Shown here: positions 18,876-28,305 of the stretch, piece after piece
How the letters are laid out: each line of letters begins with the position of its first letter
Position numbering within the stretch: the stretch's first letter is position 1
NCBI GenBank assembly: GCA_963664405.1
Contig: OY761158.1
Location: 5,504,001-5,568,000, forward strand
Length of the DNA: 64,000 bases
Direction of reading: 5' to 3'
From: Thermoanaerobaculia bacterium
GTDB lineage: Bacteria; Acidobacteriota; Thermoanaerobaculia; Multivoradales; Multivoraceae
Notes under the pieces: model-generated
The model's database searches: none
Told to the model about the DNA's origin: nothing
What the model saw: the letters and a program-made list of their open reading frames with translations, nothing else
Program-made: the position numbers and the translations under genes

Positions 18876-19880
18876 ATGACCGAGACTGCCCGCTTGAACG
18901 ACTCCGATCTCAGCGCCACCAGACATGACTGGACCCTCGAAGAGGTGGAGGCTCTGTTCGAGCTTCCCTTCGGAGACCTCGTCTACGAGGCGCAGACGGC
19001 CCTTCGTCGTTACTTCGACCCGCACGAGATTCAGCTTTCGACCCTGCGCAGCATCAAGACCGGCGGCTGTCCGGAGGACTGCAAGTACTGTCCACAGAGC
19101 GCGCACTACGAAGTGGGCCTCGAGTCGCAGGCGCTGGACTCAAAAGAAGACGTAGTCGCCGCGGCCCGTCGAGCCCGTGCTGCAGGGGCGACTCGTTTCT
19201 GTATGGGCGCGGCCTGGCGATCACCGACCGATGAAGGTCTAGCCAGGGTTGCCGAGATGGTCGAGTCGGTTCGCGATCTTGGCATGGAGACCTGTGTCAC
19301 CTTGGGAATGCTCTCCGAGAGTCAGGCTCAGCGACTTGCCGATGTCGGGCTCGACTACTACAACCACAACCTCGACACCTCCCCCGAGCACTATCAGAAG
19401 ATCATCTCCACCCGTACCTACCAGGATCGCCTCGACACCCTCGGCCACGTTCGTAGTGCCGGCATCAAGGTCTGTTGCGGCGGCATCGTGGGAATGGGGG
19501 AGTCCCGGCGCGACCGAGCGGGCCTTCTGCGCGAGTTGGCAAACCTTCCCGAGCATCCCGAGTCTGTGCCGATCAACATGCTGGTCCAGGTCGAAGGCAC
19601 GCCACTTCACGGCACCGAGGCCCTCGACCCACTCGAGTTCGTTCGCTCCATCGCGGTGGCGCGCATCATGATGCCGGCCTCGAGGGTCAGGCTGTCCGCT
19701 GGCCGCACCGATATGTCGCAGGAAACGCAGGCGCTCTGCTTCCTCGCCGGCGCGAATTCGATCTTTTGCGGCGACAAGCTGCTGACAACGCCGAATCCCG
19801 CTCAGGATGCCGACATGATGATGCTCGAGAACCTAGGCCTCCGCCCCGCAGCCTTAGCCCAAACAGACGCCCCGGCCTAG
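18876..19880 (+). CDS. bioB: Biotin synthase (radical SAM)
   Basis: [44 protein letters not shown]; GAGGAG RBS 7 nt before ATG. Confidence 0.97.
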   Translation: MTETARLNDSDLSATRHDWTLEEVEALFELPFGDLVYEAQTALRRYFDPHEIQLSTLRSIKTGGCPEDCKYCPQSAHYEVGLESQALDSKEDVVAAARRARAAGATRFCMGAAWRSPTDEGLARVAEMVESVRDLGMETCVTLGMLSESQAQRLADVGLDYYNHNLDTSPEHYQKIISTRTYQDRLDTLGHVRSAGIKVCCGGIVGMGESRRDRAGLLRELANLPEHPESVPINMLVQVEGTPLHGTEALDPLEFVRSIAVARIMMPASRVRLSAGRTDMSQETQALCFLAGANSIFCGDKLLTTPNPAQDADMMMLENLGLRPAALAQTDAPA

Positions 19881-19902
19881 AAGCGAGGACCCTTCGGAGG
19901 AT

Positions 19903-19972
19903 CCGGATGCGCCGTCCTCGGCGCCATGTTCAGTAGTCGGAGGAAGTGATAGCCATCACTTCCGGAGACTAA
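19903..19972 (+). repeat. Family C REP-like repeat, copy 2
   Basis: First 27 nt identical to copy 1; GGAAGTGAT/ATCACTTCC hairpin; lies between convergent genes. Confidence 0.8.
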
Positions 19973-20394
19973 CGCTCAGCAGGATCTGAGCCGTCGCGGG
20001 GAGCGCCGGTGCCGGAGGAACCGGCGAAGAGTCGACGGCCGTCGGGGAAAGTGACATCGCGGCCGTTGGCCCTGAGCCGCCCGTCGATCGCCTGATAGCC
20101 CTCGACAAGCACCTCGGTGCCAGGCATGACTGAGTCTTTCTTCCAGCCTCGGCGCACCAGCGCGCCAGGGGGACCGGCCTCGATCATCCACTGCTCGACC
20201 GTGCCGTCCTCGCCGGTGACCTCGAGGTGCATCCATGAGTGAGGGTTGATCCACTCCATCTTGGTGATCTTGCCCCGCAGCTTGACCGGTTTGGTCGCGT
20301 CGAACTCGGCGGAGAAAGCATGATGGGCTGTGGCGGGGGGGCCACTGAGGACGACCGCGAGCCCGGCCATGATGATGGCTAGTCTTGATTGCAT
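19969..20394 (-). CDS. DUF6152-like exported protein
   Basis: Signal peptide followed by AHHAFSAEFD, WINPHSW, LVRRGW. Confidence 0.75.
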   Translation of the reverse strand: MQSRLAIIMAGLAVVLSGPPATAHHAFSAEFDATKPVKLRGKITKMEWINPHSWMHLEVTGEDGTVEQWMIEAGPPGALVRRGWKKDSVMPGTEVLVEGYQAIDGRLRANGRDVTFPDGRRLFAGSSGTGAPRDGSDPAER

Positions 20395-20403
20395 CGTCTC
20401 TCC

Positions 20404-22158
20404 TCAGTACTGGGTGGCGGCGTCGCCCGCCTTCTCTTTCGCACGCGCGCCGCTGAGAATGTTGGTCATGCCGTAGTTGCCTTCGTGACAAGCGTACTCC
20501 ACCAGCTCGTACTGACCCTCATCCAGCTCGAACTCGAACCTGCCGGTCCAAGGTTTCGTCCAGATCGTCGGATCGTCCACCGTGAAGCGGTACTCGATCG
20601 TACCTTCGCTGGTGCGGGTGAATCGCTCCACGAGCTTCAGGTTGGGGCCGGAGCCCCGGTAGGGAGCTCTACCGTTGAAATTCGTCACCTCGACAACGAG
20701 TGTGTCGCCCTCCCAACGGCCCCGTGAGTCTCCCAACCACTGGCTCAGGTCGGCTCCCAGATGGGCGCGTCCGTCGGTGGGGATGATGCGGGTCTCGTGG
20801 ATCATCTCTTTCTGAATCGCAACGAAGCCGGGGCTTTGCACAATCTGCAGGCCATTGTTGTAGATCCCTGGCATCATCGTGCCAGGGAGCCCGCGGGTGA
20901 TGCAGCGAACGAAGTTGGGGAGATCTTCCGGACCCTCGGGGAGGCCGTAGCCTCCGCCGGCTCTCTCTTCGGCATCTTGCTTCTTGACGCTCTCGGCCCT
21001 CGGCGGGAGGCGACCGTCAGGGGGGTCGATCACCATTGCCACCTGCGTGGAGGGCGCCGACTTCACGTAGCCCAAGGTGGTGTCGCGCCACTCTCTTTCG
21101 TATCCCCAGATGCTGCCCAGAGTTCCTCGCTCGCGACGCGCCGCGGCCTCTTCCGGCGTCAACGCCTCTTTCTCGCCCGTGTCTTTGGGGCGCTCGAGAG
21201 GGATGCCATGCGCCGCGTTCCCGGTCCAGATGCCCTGCAAGTCCGGCTCGCCCCAGGGAGTGCGCGGGACCGTATACGGGGCGCTGTCGGCGATCTCTGT
21301 CGCGTCCGCCATCGTGGTCGAGGAAGCCGTCACTCCGGCCCACCCCGACTCGACGACGGCGACCCTCACCTGATCGGGGCCGACCAGAAACGCGCGCTTG
21401 GCGGAGGAACGGCCGTTTTCCGGTGCCCGCGGTTTAGCCACGAAATCGGCGCCCGCCTTCTTCATTTTCTTTGCCGCCGCGTCGAGGTCAGTTACCACGA
21501 AGCTCAGATGATCGATCGAGCGCCCTTCGGTGGCGGCGGGCTCGCCCTCGGGCTGGCGCGAAACCAGGAGCCACACAGGACCGAATCGGAGCCCGTCCGC
21601 TCGCCCCTTGAGGCTCGCCTCTTCGCCGCCCAAGACGTCTCGATACCACGCCAGGGTCGCATCGGGATCGGTGGAGCGAAGGTGGAGGTGATGGAAGCCG
21701 AGAGTTTCGGAATCTTCCACCAGCTCGATCCTGGTTCCCCATGGATCGAAGATGAAGCCATATTTGAAAAGCCCTGGAAGCTCGTGGACGGTAGCGCCGT
21801 CGGCGAACCTCTGCAGCCTGACTCCGGATCCGCGAACGCCGACTGCTTCGAGCTCGGCCATCTTTGCGGTGAGGTCGGCGAAGGAGAAGCTGATGTGATC
21901 CACGCCGGTGCCCGGGCTGCCACCGACGGTCATCTGAGACTCGAAGACGATCTCCGCACTGCCGCAGTCGGAGGCGTCGCTCCGCTCCTCGATCGGCTGG
22001 CACCCGAGGTGCCTTGCGTACCACTTGACCGCCTCCGAAGTGTTGGGAACCGAGAGATGGACATGGTGGTAGCCGGCTGCTTCGACCGTTCCTGGAAGGG
22101 TGAGGAGCAGAGCCGCCGTGCCCCAGAGAGCCGTGCTGCGAGCATTTTGTTTGATCAT
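20404..22158 (-). CDS. Exported VOC/glyoxalase-domain protein fused to a conserved PDLxGxW-type uncharacterised domain
   Basis: Signal peptide; YHHVHL, VDHISF, FHHLHL, IDHLSF VOC motifs; PRTPWGEPDLQGIW, GDSRGRWEGDTLVVE, EYACHEGN; GGAGG RBS. Confidence 0.7.
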   Translation of the reverse strand: MIKQNARSTALWGTAALLLTLPGTVEAAGYHHVHLSVPNTSEAVKWYARHLGCQPIEERSDASDCGSAEIVFESQMTVGGSPGTGVDHISFSFADLTAKMAELEAVGVRGSGVRLQRFADGATVHELPGLFKYGFIFDPWGTRIELVEDSETLGFHHLHLRSTDPDATLAWYRDVLGGEEASLKGRADGLRFGPVWLLVSRQPEGEPAATEGRSIDHLSFVVTDLDAAAKKMKKAGADFVAKPRAPENGRSSAKRAFLVGPDQVRVAVVESGWAGVTASSTTMADATEIADSAPYTVPRTPWGEPDLQGIWTGNAAHGIPLERPKDTGEKEALTPEEAAARRERGTLGSIWGYEREWRDTTLGYVKSAPSTQVAMVIDPPDGRLPPRAESVKKQDAEERAGGGYGLPEGPEDLPNFVRCITRGLPGTMMPGIYNNGLQIVQSPGFVAIQKEMIHETRIIPTDGRAHLGADLSQWLGDSRGRWEGDTLVVEVTNFNGRAPYRGSGPNLKLVERFTRTSEGTIEYRFTVDDPTIWTKPWTGRFEFELDEGQYELVEYACHEGNYGMTNILSGARAKEKAGDAATQY

Positions 22159-22183
22159 GCGATACCTCCGGTTCACTGCGGGT

Positions 22184-22996
22184 CTATTCGGACGGTTGCT
22201 TGCGCAGATGGCCGTACAGGAGCTCTTCAGAGAATTCTACGCATTTGAATTCCAAGACTTGAGCGTTCTCTTCCAGACGCCGATAGAGCGGCATGCTGAT
22301 CTTCCAGGGACGTGTGAACACTTTAGGGTCCTCGAGGGTCGCTTCATACATCAACGCGTTCGCGTTGATCGGCGTGTAGCGCTCGACCACCTGAAGAGTG
22401 TCGCTGGCGAAGTTACCGGCGCGGTCCAACCAGGCTTGCCCGTTGAAGCCGGCGACGACGACGACCAGCGTATCGCCCTCCCAGCGGCCGTGCGAGCGGC
22501 CCATCCAACTATCGATGGGTGCCGGCTCGGGGTTCTCTTGGTCCATGTGGATCGTTCGGTTCGCTTCGGCGAAGCCGTAGACGATCATGATCTTTCCGGT
22601 TCCCTGGAGAATGTGGAACGGATAGGGCATATAGGTCGCACGCGGAACTCCAGGCAGATAGCACTTGGCTTCGGGATCCGCGGCCGGTCGGCCGTCGAAG
22701 TTCTTCCTCTTTTGTTCGAGTGCGGCAGGCTGATAGGGAATCTCGTTGCCGACGACGACACCCTGTCCGGGCGGTACGGCGCCGATCGCTCCCAGCTCGG
22801 TGGGGCCCGCGCTTGCGGGATGATCCTGCAGATCCCAGTATGCCGTGCCGATCGCCTGCCAGATGCCATTGAGGTCGGGATGACCGTCGTGGGCTCGCGG
22901 AATCTGGCCGGTCTGCGCCTCACCTGGTGCTGAGGCGAGTGCCAGAAACAGCGCGGCGCCGGCAAACACATTCATCTCTCTCAGCCGACTGTTCAT
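22184..22996 (-). CDS. Exported hypothetical protein of the PDLxGxW family
   Basis: GHPDLNGIW, DPEAKCYLPGVPR, GRSHGRWEGDTLVV, LEFKC; paralogous to the C-terminal half of the downstream gene; start uncertain. Confidence 0.7.
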   Translation of the reverse strand: MNSRLREMNVFAGAALFLALASAPGEAQTGQIPRAHDGHPDLNGIWQAIGTAYWDLQDHPASAGPTELGAIGAVPPGQGVVVGNEIPYQPAALEQKRKNFDGRPAADPEAKCYLPGVPRATYMPYPFHILQGTGKIMIVYGFAEANRTIHMDQENPEPAPIDSWMGRSHGRWEGDTLVVVVAGFNGQAWLDRAGNFASDTLQVVERYTPINANALMYEATLEDPKVFTRPWKISMPLYRRLEENAQVLEFKCVEFSEELLYGHLRKQPSE

Positions 22997-23056
22997 CCGA
23001 TGAAGCTCCCTTGGGTTCAGACTCACTGCTCTATATACCCCTCGCCGCCCGTGCGG

Positions 23057-23836
23057 TCAATGCGCTCCCATCCACAGACCGGCAACAGAGAATGCAACAC
23101 CGCTCGCGATGGCCACTACCCTACCTCTCGGAACGACCTTCTCGACGAGCACAAATGCGGCGATGGCGGCGACCCAGAGCAGGTTCATCACGCCTCCAAC
23201 GAAGAGGAGACCCATCAAAAACCAGCAACAGCCGACGCAGAAGAGGCCGTGCTCCATCCCCATTCGCAGGGCTCCTCTTGTCCCGGTGCGCCAGTGCTGC
23301 ATGATGAAGCTCATCGGGGAGCGACAGTGGGCAAGGCAAGCATGCTTCAGCGGTGTGAGCTGGTAGACGCCCGCCGCGATGAGGATCACAGCACCCAGGT
23401 AGTTGCTCTTCGAGACCATCATCGGCGACAGTAGGGCGGCTCGTTCCAGCGCCCACTGCAGCACGGTCGCGATCAGGCTGAATACGGTCCAGGCCAGGAG
23501 GTAGCCGGTTGCGAAAGCGGCGGTGGGCGTGAGGGGTCGCCCCTGCTCCTTTTCGCGTCGGTAAACTCGCGCATAGATGAGGATCAGCGGCGCCGCCGAC
23601 GGCACCATCATCGCCACCATCATCACCGTCCACATCAGAAACATCAGCGCGAAGTCGGTAGTTGACCAGGGCTGTATCTGCGCGCCCGCCATGGCCTCCG
23701 GCATCGACATCGTGCCCATGTCGCCCGCCATCGAGAAGAGGTAGAGCCAAGAGAGAAGCGTGATCGCTGCAAGGCCTGCGAGGACCACTCCGCGGTCTCG
23801 AAGCAGGACTCGCTCGATAGGAGATTGCTCGCTCAA
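23057..23836 (-). CDS. DUF2182 family predicted metal-binding membrane protein
   Basis: MWTVMMVAMMVPSAAP, YQLTPLKHACLAHCRSP, FCVGCCW, GVMN. Confidence 0.85.
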   Translation of the reverse strand: MSEQSPIERVLLRDRGVVLAGLAAITLLSWLYLFSMAGDMGTMSMPEAMAGAQIQPWSTTDFALMFLMWTVMMVAMMVPSAAPLILIYARVYRREKEQGRPLTPTAAFATGYLLAWTVFSLIATVLQWALERAALLSPMMVSKSNYLGAVILIAAGVYQLTPLKHACLAHCRSPMSFIMQHWRTGTRGALRMGMEHGLFCVGCCWFLMGLLFVGGVMNLLWVAAIAAFVLVEKVVPRGRVVAIASGVAFSVAGLWMGAH

Positions 23837-23843
23837 TTCGACT

Positions 23844-24476
23844 CTAGACCGGGCCGCGTGGAGTCATGTGGAGGATGTAGATGTGGCCGTGTCGCCCCGC
23901 CCATTGATGCACGATCGGGGCGCTGCTGGTAACTTCGCTGCTGCAGTACTCAGCCTCGCGATATTCGAAGCCGTGAGGGAGCGTCACTCTGGCACGATGC
24001 TCGGCGCCGGTGACCGGATTCTTGATCGCCTCGGTGCTGGCCTCGACGATGCCAGGCACAGCAAAGCTTCCTCGCCTGCTCTCGAGGTCGACCTCGAAGT
24101 CGATGGCGGCCGAGATCGGATCGTGAATCTTGCTGTAGGTGGTCGCGAATACGTTGAAGATGGTGGCACCCGGCTCGGTCTCTTCACCTGAGAGGATCTT
24201 GATCAGGCCATCCTTCTGCGCTGCCTCCGCCGCCTCGTCGATGATCATCGCGACCTCGCCATCGCCGTGGTGCACGGCCCCCGGCCAGGCGAAGAGGGTG
24301 ACGCAGCGAAGGCCGGCGAGGGAGATGTCGCCGAAGTGGCCTTGCTCGATCTCGGTGGCGAAGGCGGCCCGGCAGTTCCCCTGGGTGGGGAGGGCGTTGA
24401 ACTGGCAAGGACAGCCCCAGTCGCAGTTACAGGCGTTGATCGAGGGTCCCTTGATCTCCCATTCAACGTAACTCAT
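23844..24476 (-). CDS. DUF1326 family protein
   Basis: ACNCDWGCPCQF...PTQGNC Cys cluster and WPGAVHHG; usual partner of DUF2182. Confidence 0.85.
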   Translation of the reverse strand: MSYVEWEIKGPSINACNCDWGCPCQFNALPTQGNCRAAFATEIEQGHFGDISLAGLRCVTLFAWPGAVHHGDGEVAMIIDEAAEAAQKDGLIKILSGEETEPGATIFNVFATTYSKIHDPISAAIDFEVDLESRRGSFAVPGIVEASTEAIKNPVTGAEHRARVTLPHGFEYREAEYCSSEVTSSAPIVHQWAGRHGHIYILHMTPRGPV

Positions 24477-24489
24477 CTCCGTAGCCCCT

Positions 24490-24559
24490 GTAGCCTCCAT
24501 AAGTGATTGTTATCACTTCTTCCGGCGATTTGACATGGCGCCGCGGACGGCGCATTCGG
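24490..24559 (-). repeat. Family C REP-like repeat, copy 3 (more diverged)
   Basis: Minus strand reads CCGAATGCGCCGTCCGCGGCGCCATGT...AAGTGAT-aaca-ATCACTT..GGAGGCTAC. Confidence 0.7.
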
Positions 24560-24591
24560 GAGATAAGAGACTCGGAGTGAAGAGATTGCCG

Positions 24592-27500
24592 TCATTGCTG
24601 CGGTCTCGGTTCGAGCAAGCTCTCGATGGTGTAGAGCTTGCCTCCCTTGATCGTGGCGCGGACTCGCATCGCATCGCTGACCCGGGCGAGAGGATCTCCA
24701 TCGACCAGGATCAGGTCCGCGACTTTGCCGACTTCGATGCTTCCTAGGTCCGAGTCGACCCCGACCGCTTCCGCTGCCCACAGAGTCGCTGCTCGGAGAG
24801 CCTGCCAAGGCTCGAGGCCGGCGGCCTCGAGAAGCTGTATCTCGACGTGAAGACCGAAGCCGTAGGGCACGAAGGGCGAGTCGGTGCCTGCGGTTACCCT
24901 GCCGCCCCGTTCTACGATCGCCTTGACTGTTTCTCCCATGGACCGACAGCGCGCGATCAGCGACGGCCCGCCGGGTCCGAGGCTCGGGGGGAGACTCGCC
25001 GAGCCTCCCGACTCTGAGTAGAAAGCCCGATACTGGCGGTTCTCGAAGATCTCGCGATTCTGCGAGGTGTGGACGAAGTAGCAGGGGAGAACCAGGGTCG
25101 GGGTCAGGTTCATTCCCGAGCTGGCCAGGAGGTCGACGACATCTCCGTAACTGCGGCCAAGGGCGGTGATCTTGGGCGAATAGCCCCGTCTGCTGGTGCC
25201 TCCCAGGTGCTCTACCGCATCGACACCGTAGGAGACTGCCGGGTAGATTTCGTGGGAAGAGATCGGAATGCCAAGCTCGTGGGCGAGGGCTGCCACCCTC
25301 TTTTGATCCAGGTCGGGCAGTCGGACGTAGGTCTTGACCAGGTCGTACTCGAGCCTCTGGGCCCGCTCGAGGGCGTAGGCGAGATGAGCGAGGGAGTCGG
25401 TGCCTTCAGTAGTGGTGTAGTAGACGCGATTGCCATCGAGATGGTACCCGGTAACGAAAGCCCGGGGCCCGGTTCGTCGCCCGCTCGCCCAGGCCTCTCG
25501 GCGCTCGGTGGCGTCGTAAGCATCGCCTCCAGGCTCCCGTACCGATGTAATGCCGAAGGCGAGCCAGATGCGGCCCCCCCGCTCCCCCGAGGAAGCGTTC
25601 TGGTGAGCGTGCATTTCGAACAGTCCAGGCATCGTAACTTGGTCGCTGGCGTCGATCGTGCCGGCGTCGTGGAGGTCGCTTCGGTGGGCCTCGATCGCGG
25701 CGATACGACCGCCCTCGATGATGATGTCGACGTTCTCTCGATAGTCCGGATTGAAGCCGTCGAAGAGGCGGCCGGCATGAATGACGCGCCTTCCGAGGCT
25801 TCTCTCGGGTCGCCAAGTGAGTGCGATGGGGAGGCCTTCGCTCCAGCCTTTGGACAGTTCGAGTCGGCGCAGGCGGCCGGCACTGAGATAGACAAGGGTC
25901 GAGGCGTCGCCGCTCCAGCTCGGCCAGTCGACAGGGTCCTCAGTGACCCGTCGAAGCTCCTCTGGGAGGCCCGAGTCCGGGTCGATCTGCGCAACGTAGA
26001 GCGACCCGTCCGCAACTACCGCCAGCTTGCTCCCGCCCGGGGAGAAGACAGCCTTGGAAAGCGAGTGATCGAGTCCGAGATCCAGGGTCCTCCCGCCGGC
26101 CTCGACAGTGTCGATGAGAAGAACTCGATAGTGCCCTTCGCGAAAGCGGGAGGATTTTGGTACCAGAGCGGTCACCGCAAGGGTATGGTCTCCTCTTGCC
26201 CATGAGATCTCGGTCGGAGAGATCCCGTGCCAGGGGACGGTTCGCGCTTCGCCCGAAGCGAGGTCGAGAACCTTGAGCCTGACGCCGGTCGAGCCACGCG
26301 GATCACCGCCGAAGAAGGCGACTCTGTCGCCCTCGGGAGAGATCGATGGAAGGGTGGCACCGCCCGGTTGGTGGGAGATCATGCGAGCCTCGGCACGGCC
26401 AAAGTCCCAAAGCCACAGGTCCAATACCCCACCCCCGCCACGATCGCTGAGGAACAGGAGGCGCTCCCCGTCCGGGAACCAGCGGGGGTGGATCTCGACA
26501 AAGTGGTCTTCGGTGATGCGAGTTACGGCACCATCGTCCTCCCGCACCCAGAGATCCCCGACGGCGACGAAGGCCACTCGTCTGCCGTCAGGAGAGGGGG
26601 AGGGGTGGAGGATGCCGCGAACCGATCGCGGCTCGCGGGTGTCGAAATCGCGTCTTCGCCTGGGGTAAAAGGGGCGGCTGAGGCTGACCTCGGCGCGAAA
26701 CGGTTGAACGGTCCGCTCGTCGTTGCCGATGCGAGCCTTCTTGATCACTCCGTCGGCGGTGTAAAAGTAGTCCTGGGCCGAGCTCCAAGATGCGCGAAAA
26801 GGGAAGACGTCTTCGCCGGGGAGGCTGAGGCGGTCGGTCTCTCCCGACACGAAGTCAACGGAGAGAAGCTCGCTGACGCCTTCACGTGAGTGAAGTAGCT
26901 GAAGGCTCACTCGGGATCCGGACTTATCCCACGCCGGCGCTGCGGCGACGCCTCGGGTCTGGTGAAGTAGGCGAGGCCGGTTGGTGCCGTCGAGACCTTC
27001 GAGGAGGTATAGGCCCGGAGGCTCTCGTGCCGAGACGAAGGCGATGTGCTCGCCGTCGGGGGAGATGGCTGGGCTGTGGTCGTTGGCGGAGTCGGAGGTG
27101 ATGCGATTCAGGTCCCCGGATTGCAGGTCGACTGCCCATAGGTCGTAATTGCCGCTTCGATCCGAAGAGAAGACGATGAAAGCCCCGTCAGGGGTAAAGA
27201 AAGGTTCGCGATCGTCGTCGTGGCCGGAGGTGATCTGGCGCAGGCCGGTCCCATCTCGCTCGACTGTCCAAATGTGCCAGTTGCCGTCTCGGTAAGACTG
27301 AAACGCCAGCGCGCGCCCGTCCGGCGACCAAGCGGGTTGGCGGTCGTCTCCGAGACCGTCGGTCAGAGCGACGCCGCCACCACTGGGAATCGAGACCCGC
27401 CACAGAGTCCCCTGCAGGTCGATAACGATCTCTTCGCCGTTGGGTGAGACTGCGGCGGCGAGGTTCGTACCCTCGGTCAACTCCACCGCAATGTGCTGGG

Positions 27501-27735
27501 CGAGGGTAGCGGCGCAGAACAGGATTGGCGCCATCGCGGCGAGACCTGCTGCAAGTCGCACTAGACCAGCGTTTCCAAAGTTCGTGTTGCATAGCTCGAG
27601 GTCATTCTGTTCGCTGGCCAGGCGCGGCGACGCAGGCATATTGGGCAATATGTCGAGGAGGCGAAACGACGCCAGCGGGCAGAAGGGGCCGAGATGTGTG
27701 CGCGAACTTTGGAAACGCTGGTCTAGGTTCCTCAT
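24592..27735 (-). CDS. Exported amidohydrolase with TolB-like (PD40) beta-propellers; 54-aa element-derived insert in the signal peptide
   Basis: Repeated P.WSPDG motifs; MPGLFEMHAH, VKTYVR, TAGTDSP, LGSIEVGKVADLILVDGDPL. Confidence 0.88.
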   Translation of the reverse strand: MRNLDQRFQSSRTHLGPFCPLASFRLLDILPNMPASPRLASEQNDLELCNTNFGNAGLVRLAAGLAAMAPILFCAATLAQHIAVELTEGTNLAAAVSPNGEEIVIDLQGTLWRVSIPSGGGVALTDGLGDDRQPAWSPDGRALAFQSYRDGNWHIWTVERDGTGLRQITSGHDDDREPFFTPDGAFIVFSSDRSGNYDLWAVDLQSGDLNRITSDSANDHSPAISPDGEHIAFVSAREPPGLYLLEGLDGTNRPRLLHQTRGVAAAPAWDKSGSRVSLQLLHSREGVSELLSVDFVSGETDRLSLPGEDVFPFRASWSSAQDYFYTADGVIKKARIGNDERTVQPFRAEVSLSRPFYPRRRRDFDTREPRSVRGILHPSPSPDGRRVAFVAVGDLWVREDDGAVTRITEDHFVEIHPRWFPDGERLLFLSDRGGGGVLDLWLWDFGRAEARMISHQPGGATLPSISPEGDRVAFFGGDPRGSTGVRLKVLDLASGEARTVPWHGISPTEISWARGDHTLAVTALVPKSSRFREGHYRVLLIDTVEAGGRTLDLGLDHSLSKAVFSPGGSKLAVVADGSLYVAQIDPDSGLPEELRRVTEDPVDWPSWSGDASTLVYLSAGRLRRLELSKGWSEGLPIALTWRPERSLGRRVIHAGRLFDGFNPDYRENVDIIIEGGRIAAIEAHRSDLHDAGTIDASDQVTMPGLFEMHAHQNASSGERGGRIWLAFGITSVREPGGDAYDATERREAWASGRRTGPRAFVTGYHLDGNRVYYTTTEGTDSLAHLAYALERAQRLEYDLVKTYVRLPDLDQKRVAALAHELGIPISSHEIYPAVSYGVDAVEHLGGTSRRGYSPKITALGRSYGDVVDLLASSGMNLTPTLVLPCYFVHTSQNREIFENRQYRAFYSESGGSASLPPSLGPGGPSLIARCRSMGETVKAIVERGGRVTAGTDSPFVPYGFGLHVEIQLLEAAGLEPWQALRAATLWAAEAVGVDSDLGSIEVGKVADLILVDGDPLARVSDAMRVRATIKGGKLYTIESLLEPRPQQ
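27561..27726. mobile_element. MITE-like palindromic element, family A copy 2 (in-frame intragenic)
   Basis: Perfect 24-bp inverted ends CTAGACCAGCGTTTCCAAAGTTCG; removing it plus one CTAG (162 bp) restores MRNLVRLAAGLAAMAPILFCAATLAQ. Confidence 0.9.
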
Positions 27736-27850
27736 CTTTGCTCAAGTGTAGCGCCACGCCGTGGCTGCGCTCCGGAGGAGCGTGTGGCAAGATCGTTCAG
27801 GACGGCACAACGGCATACGCGCGGCGGTGTCAAAGAGGAGGTCAGGACGG

Positions 27851-28291
27851 ATGCGATATCTACACACCATGATTCGGGTTACCGATGTGGACGCTTCGCT
27901 GGATTTTTATTGTGGCAAGTTGGGGATGACAGAAGTGCGCAGACATGAGAGTGAGGCTGGACGGTTTACGCTCATTTTCTTGGCCGCGTCGAAGGACGCC
28001 AGCGCCGGGAGGGAGCGCGGGGCACCAACTCTCGAGCTGACCTATAACTGGGACCCTGAGCCCTATGCGGGCGGACGTAACTTCGGCCACCTTGCTTTCG
28101 AGGTCGACGACATCTATGCTTTCTGCGAGCGGCTTCAAGAGGGTGGGGTGACGATCAACCGTCCGCCGCGCGACGGTCGCATGGCTTTCGTACGCTCCCC
28201 CGACAACATCTCGGTCGAGCTGCTTCAGGCCGGCGATGCACTTCCGACGCAAGAGCCCTGGGCTTCGATGCCCAGCGTCGGAGAGTGGTAG
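27851..28291 (+). CDS. gloA: Lactoylglutathione lyase (glyoxalase I)
   Basis: [42 protein letters not shown]. Confidence 0.88.
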   Translation: MRYLHTMIRVTDVDASLDFYCGKLGMTEVRRHESEAGRFTLIFLAASKDASAGRERGAPTLELTYNWDPEPYAGGRNFGHLAFEVDDIYAFCERLQEGGVTINRPPRDGRMAFVRSPDNISVELLQAGDALPTQEPWASMPSVGEW

Positions 28292-28305
28292 AGCGCGGTC
28301 CTCGG

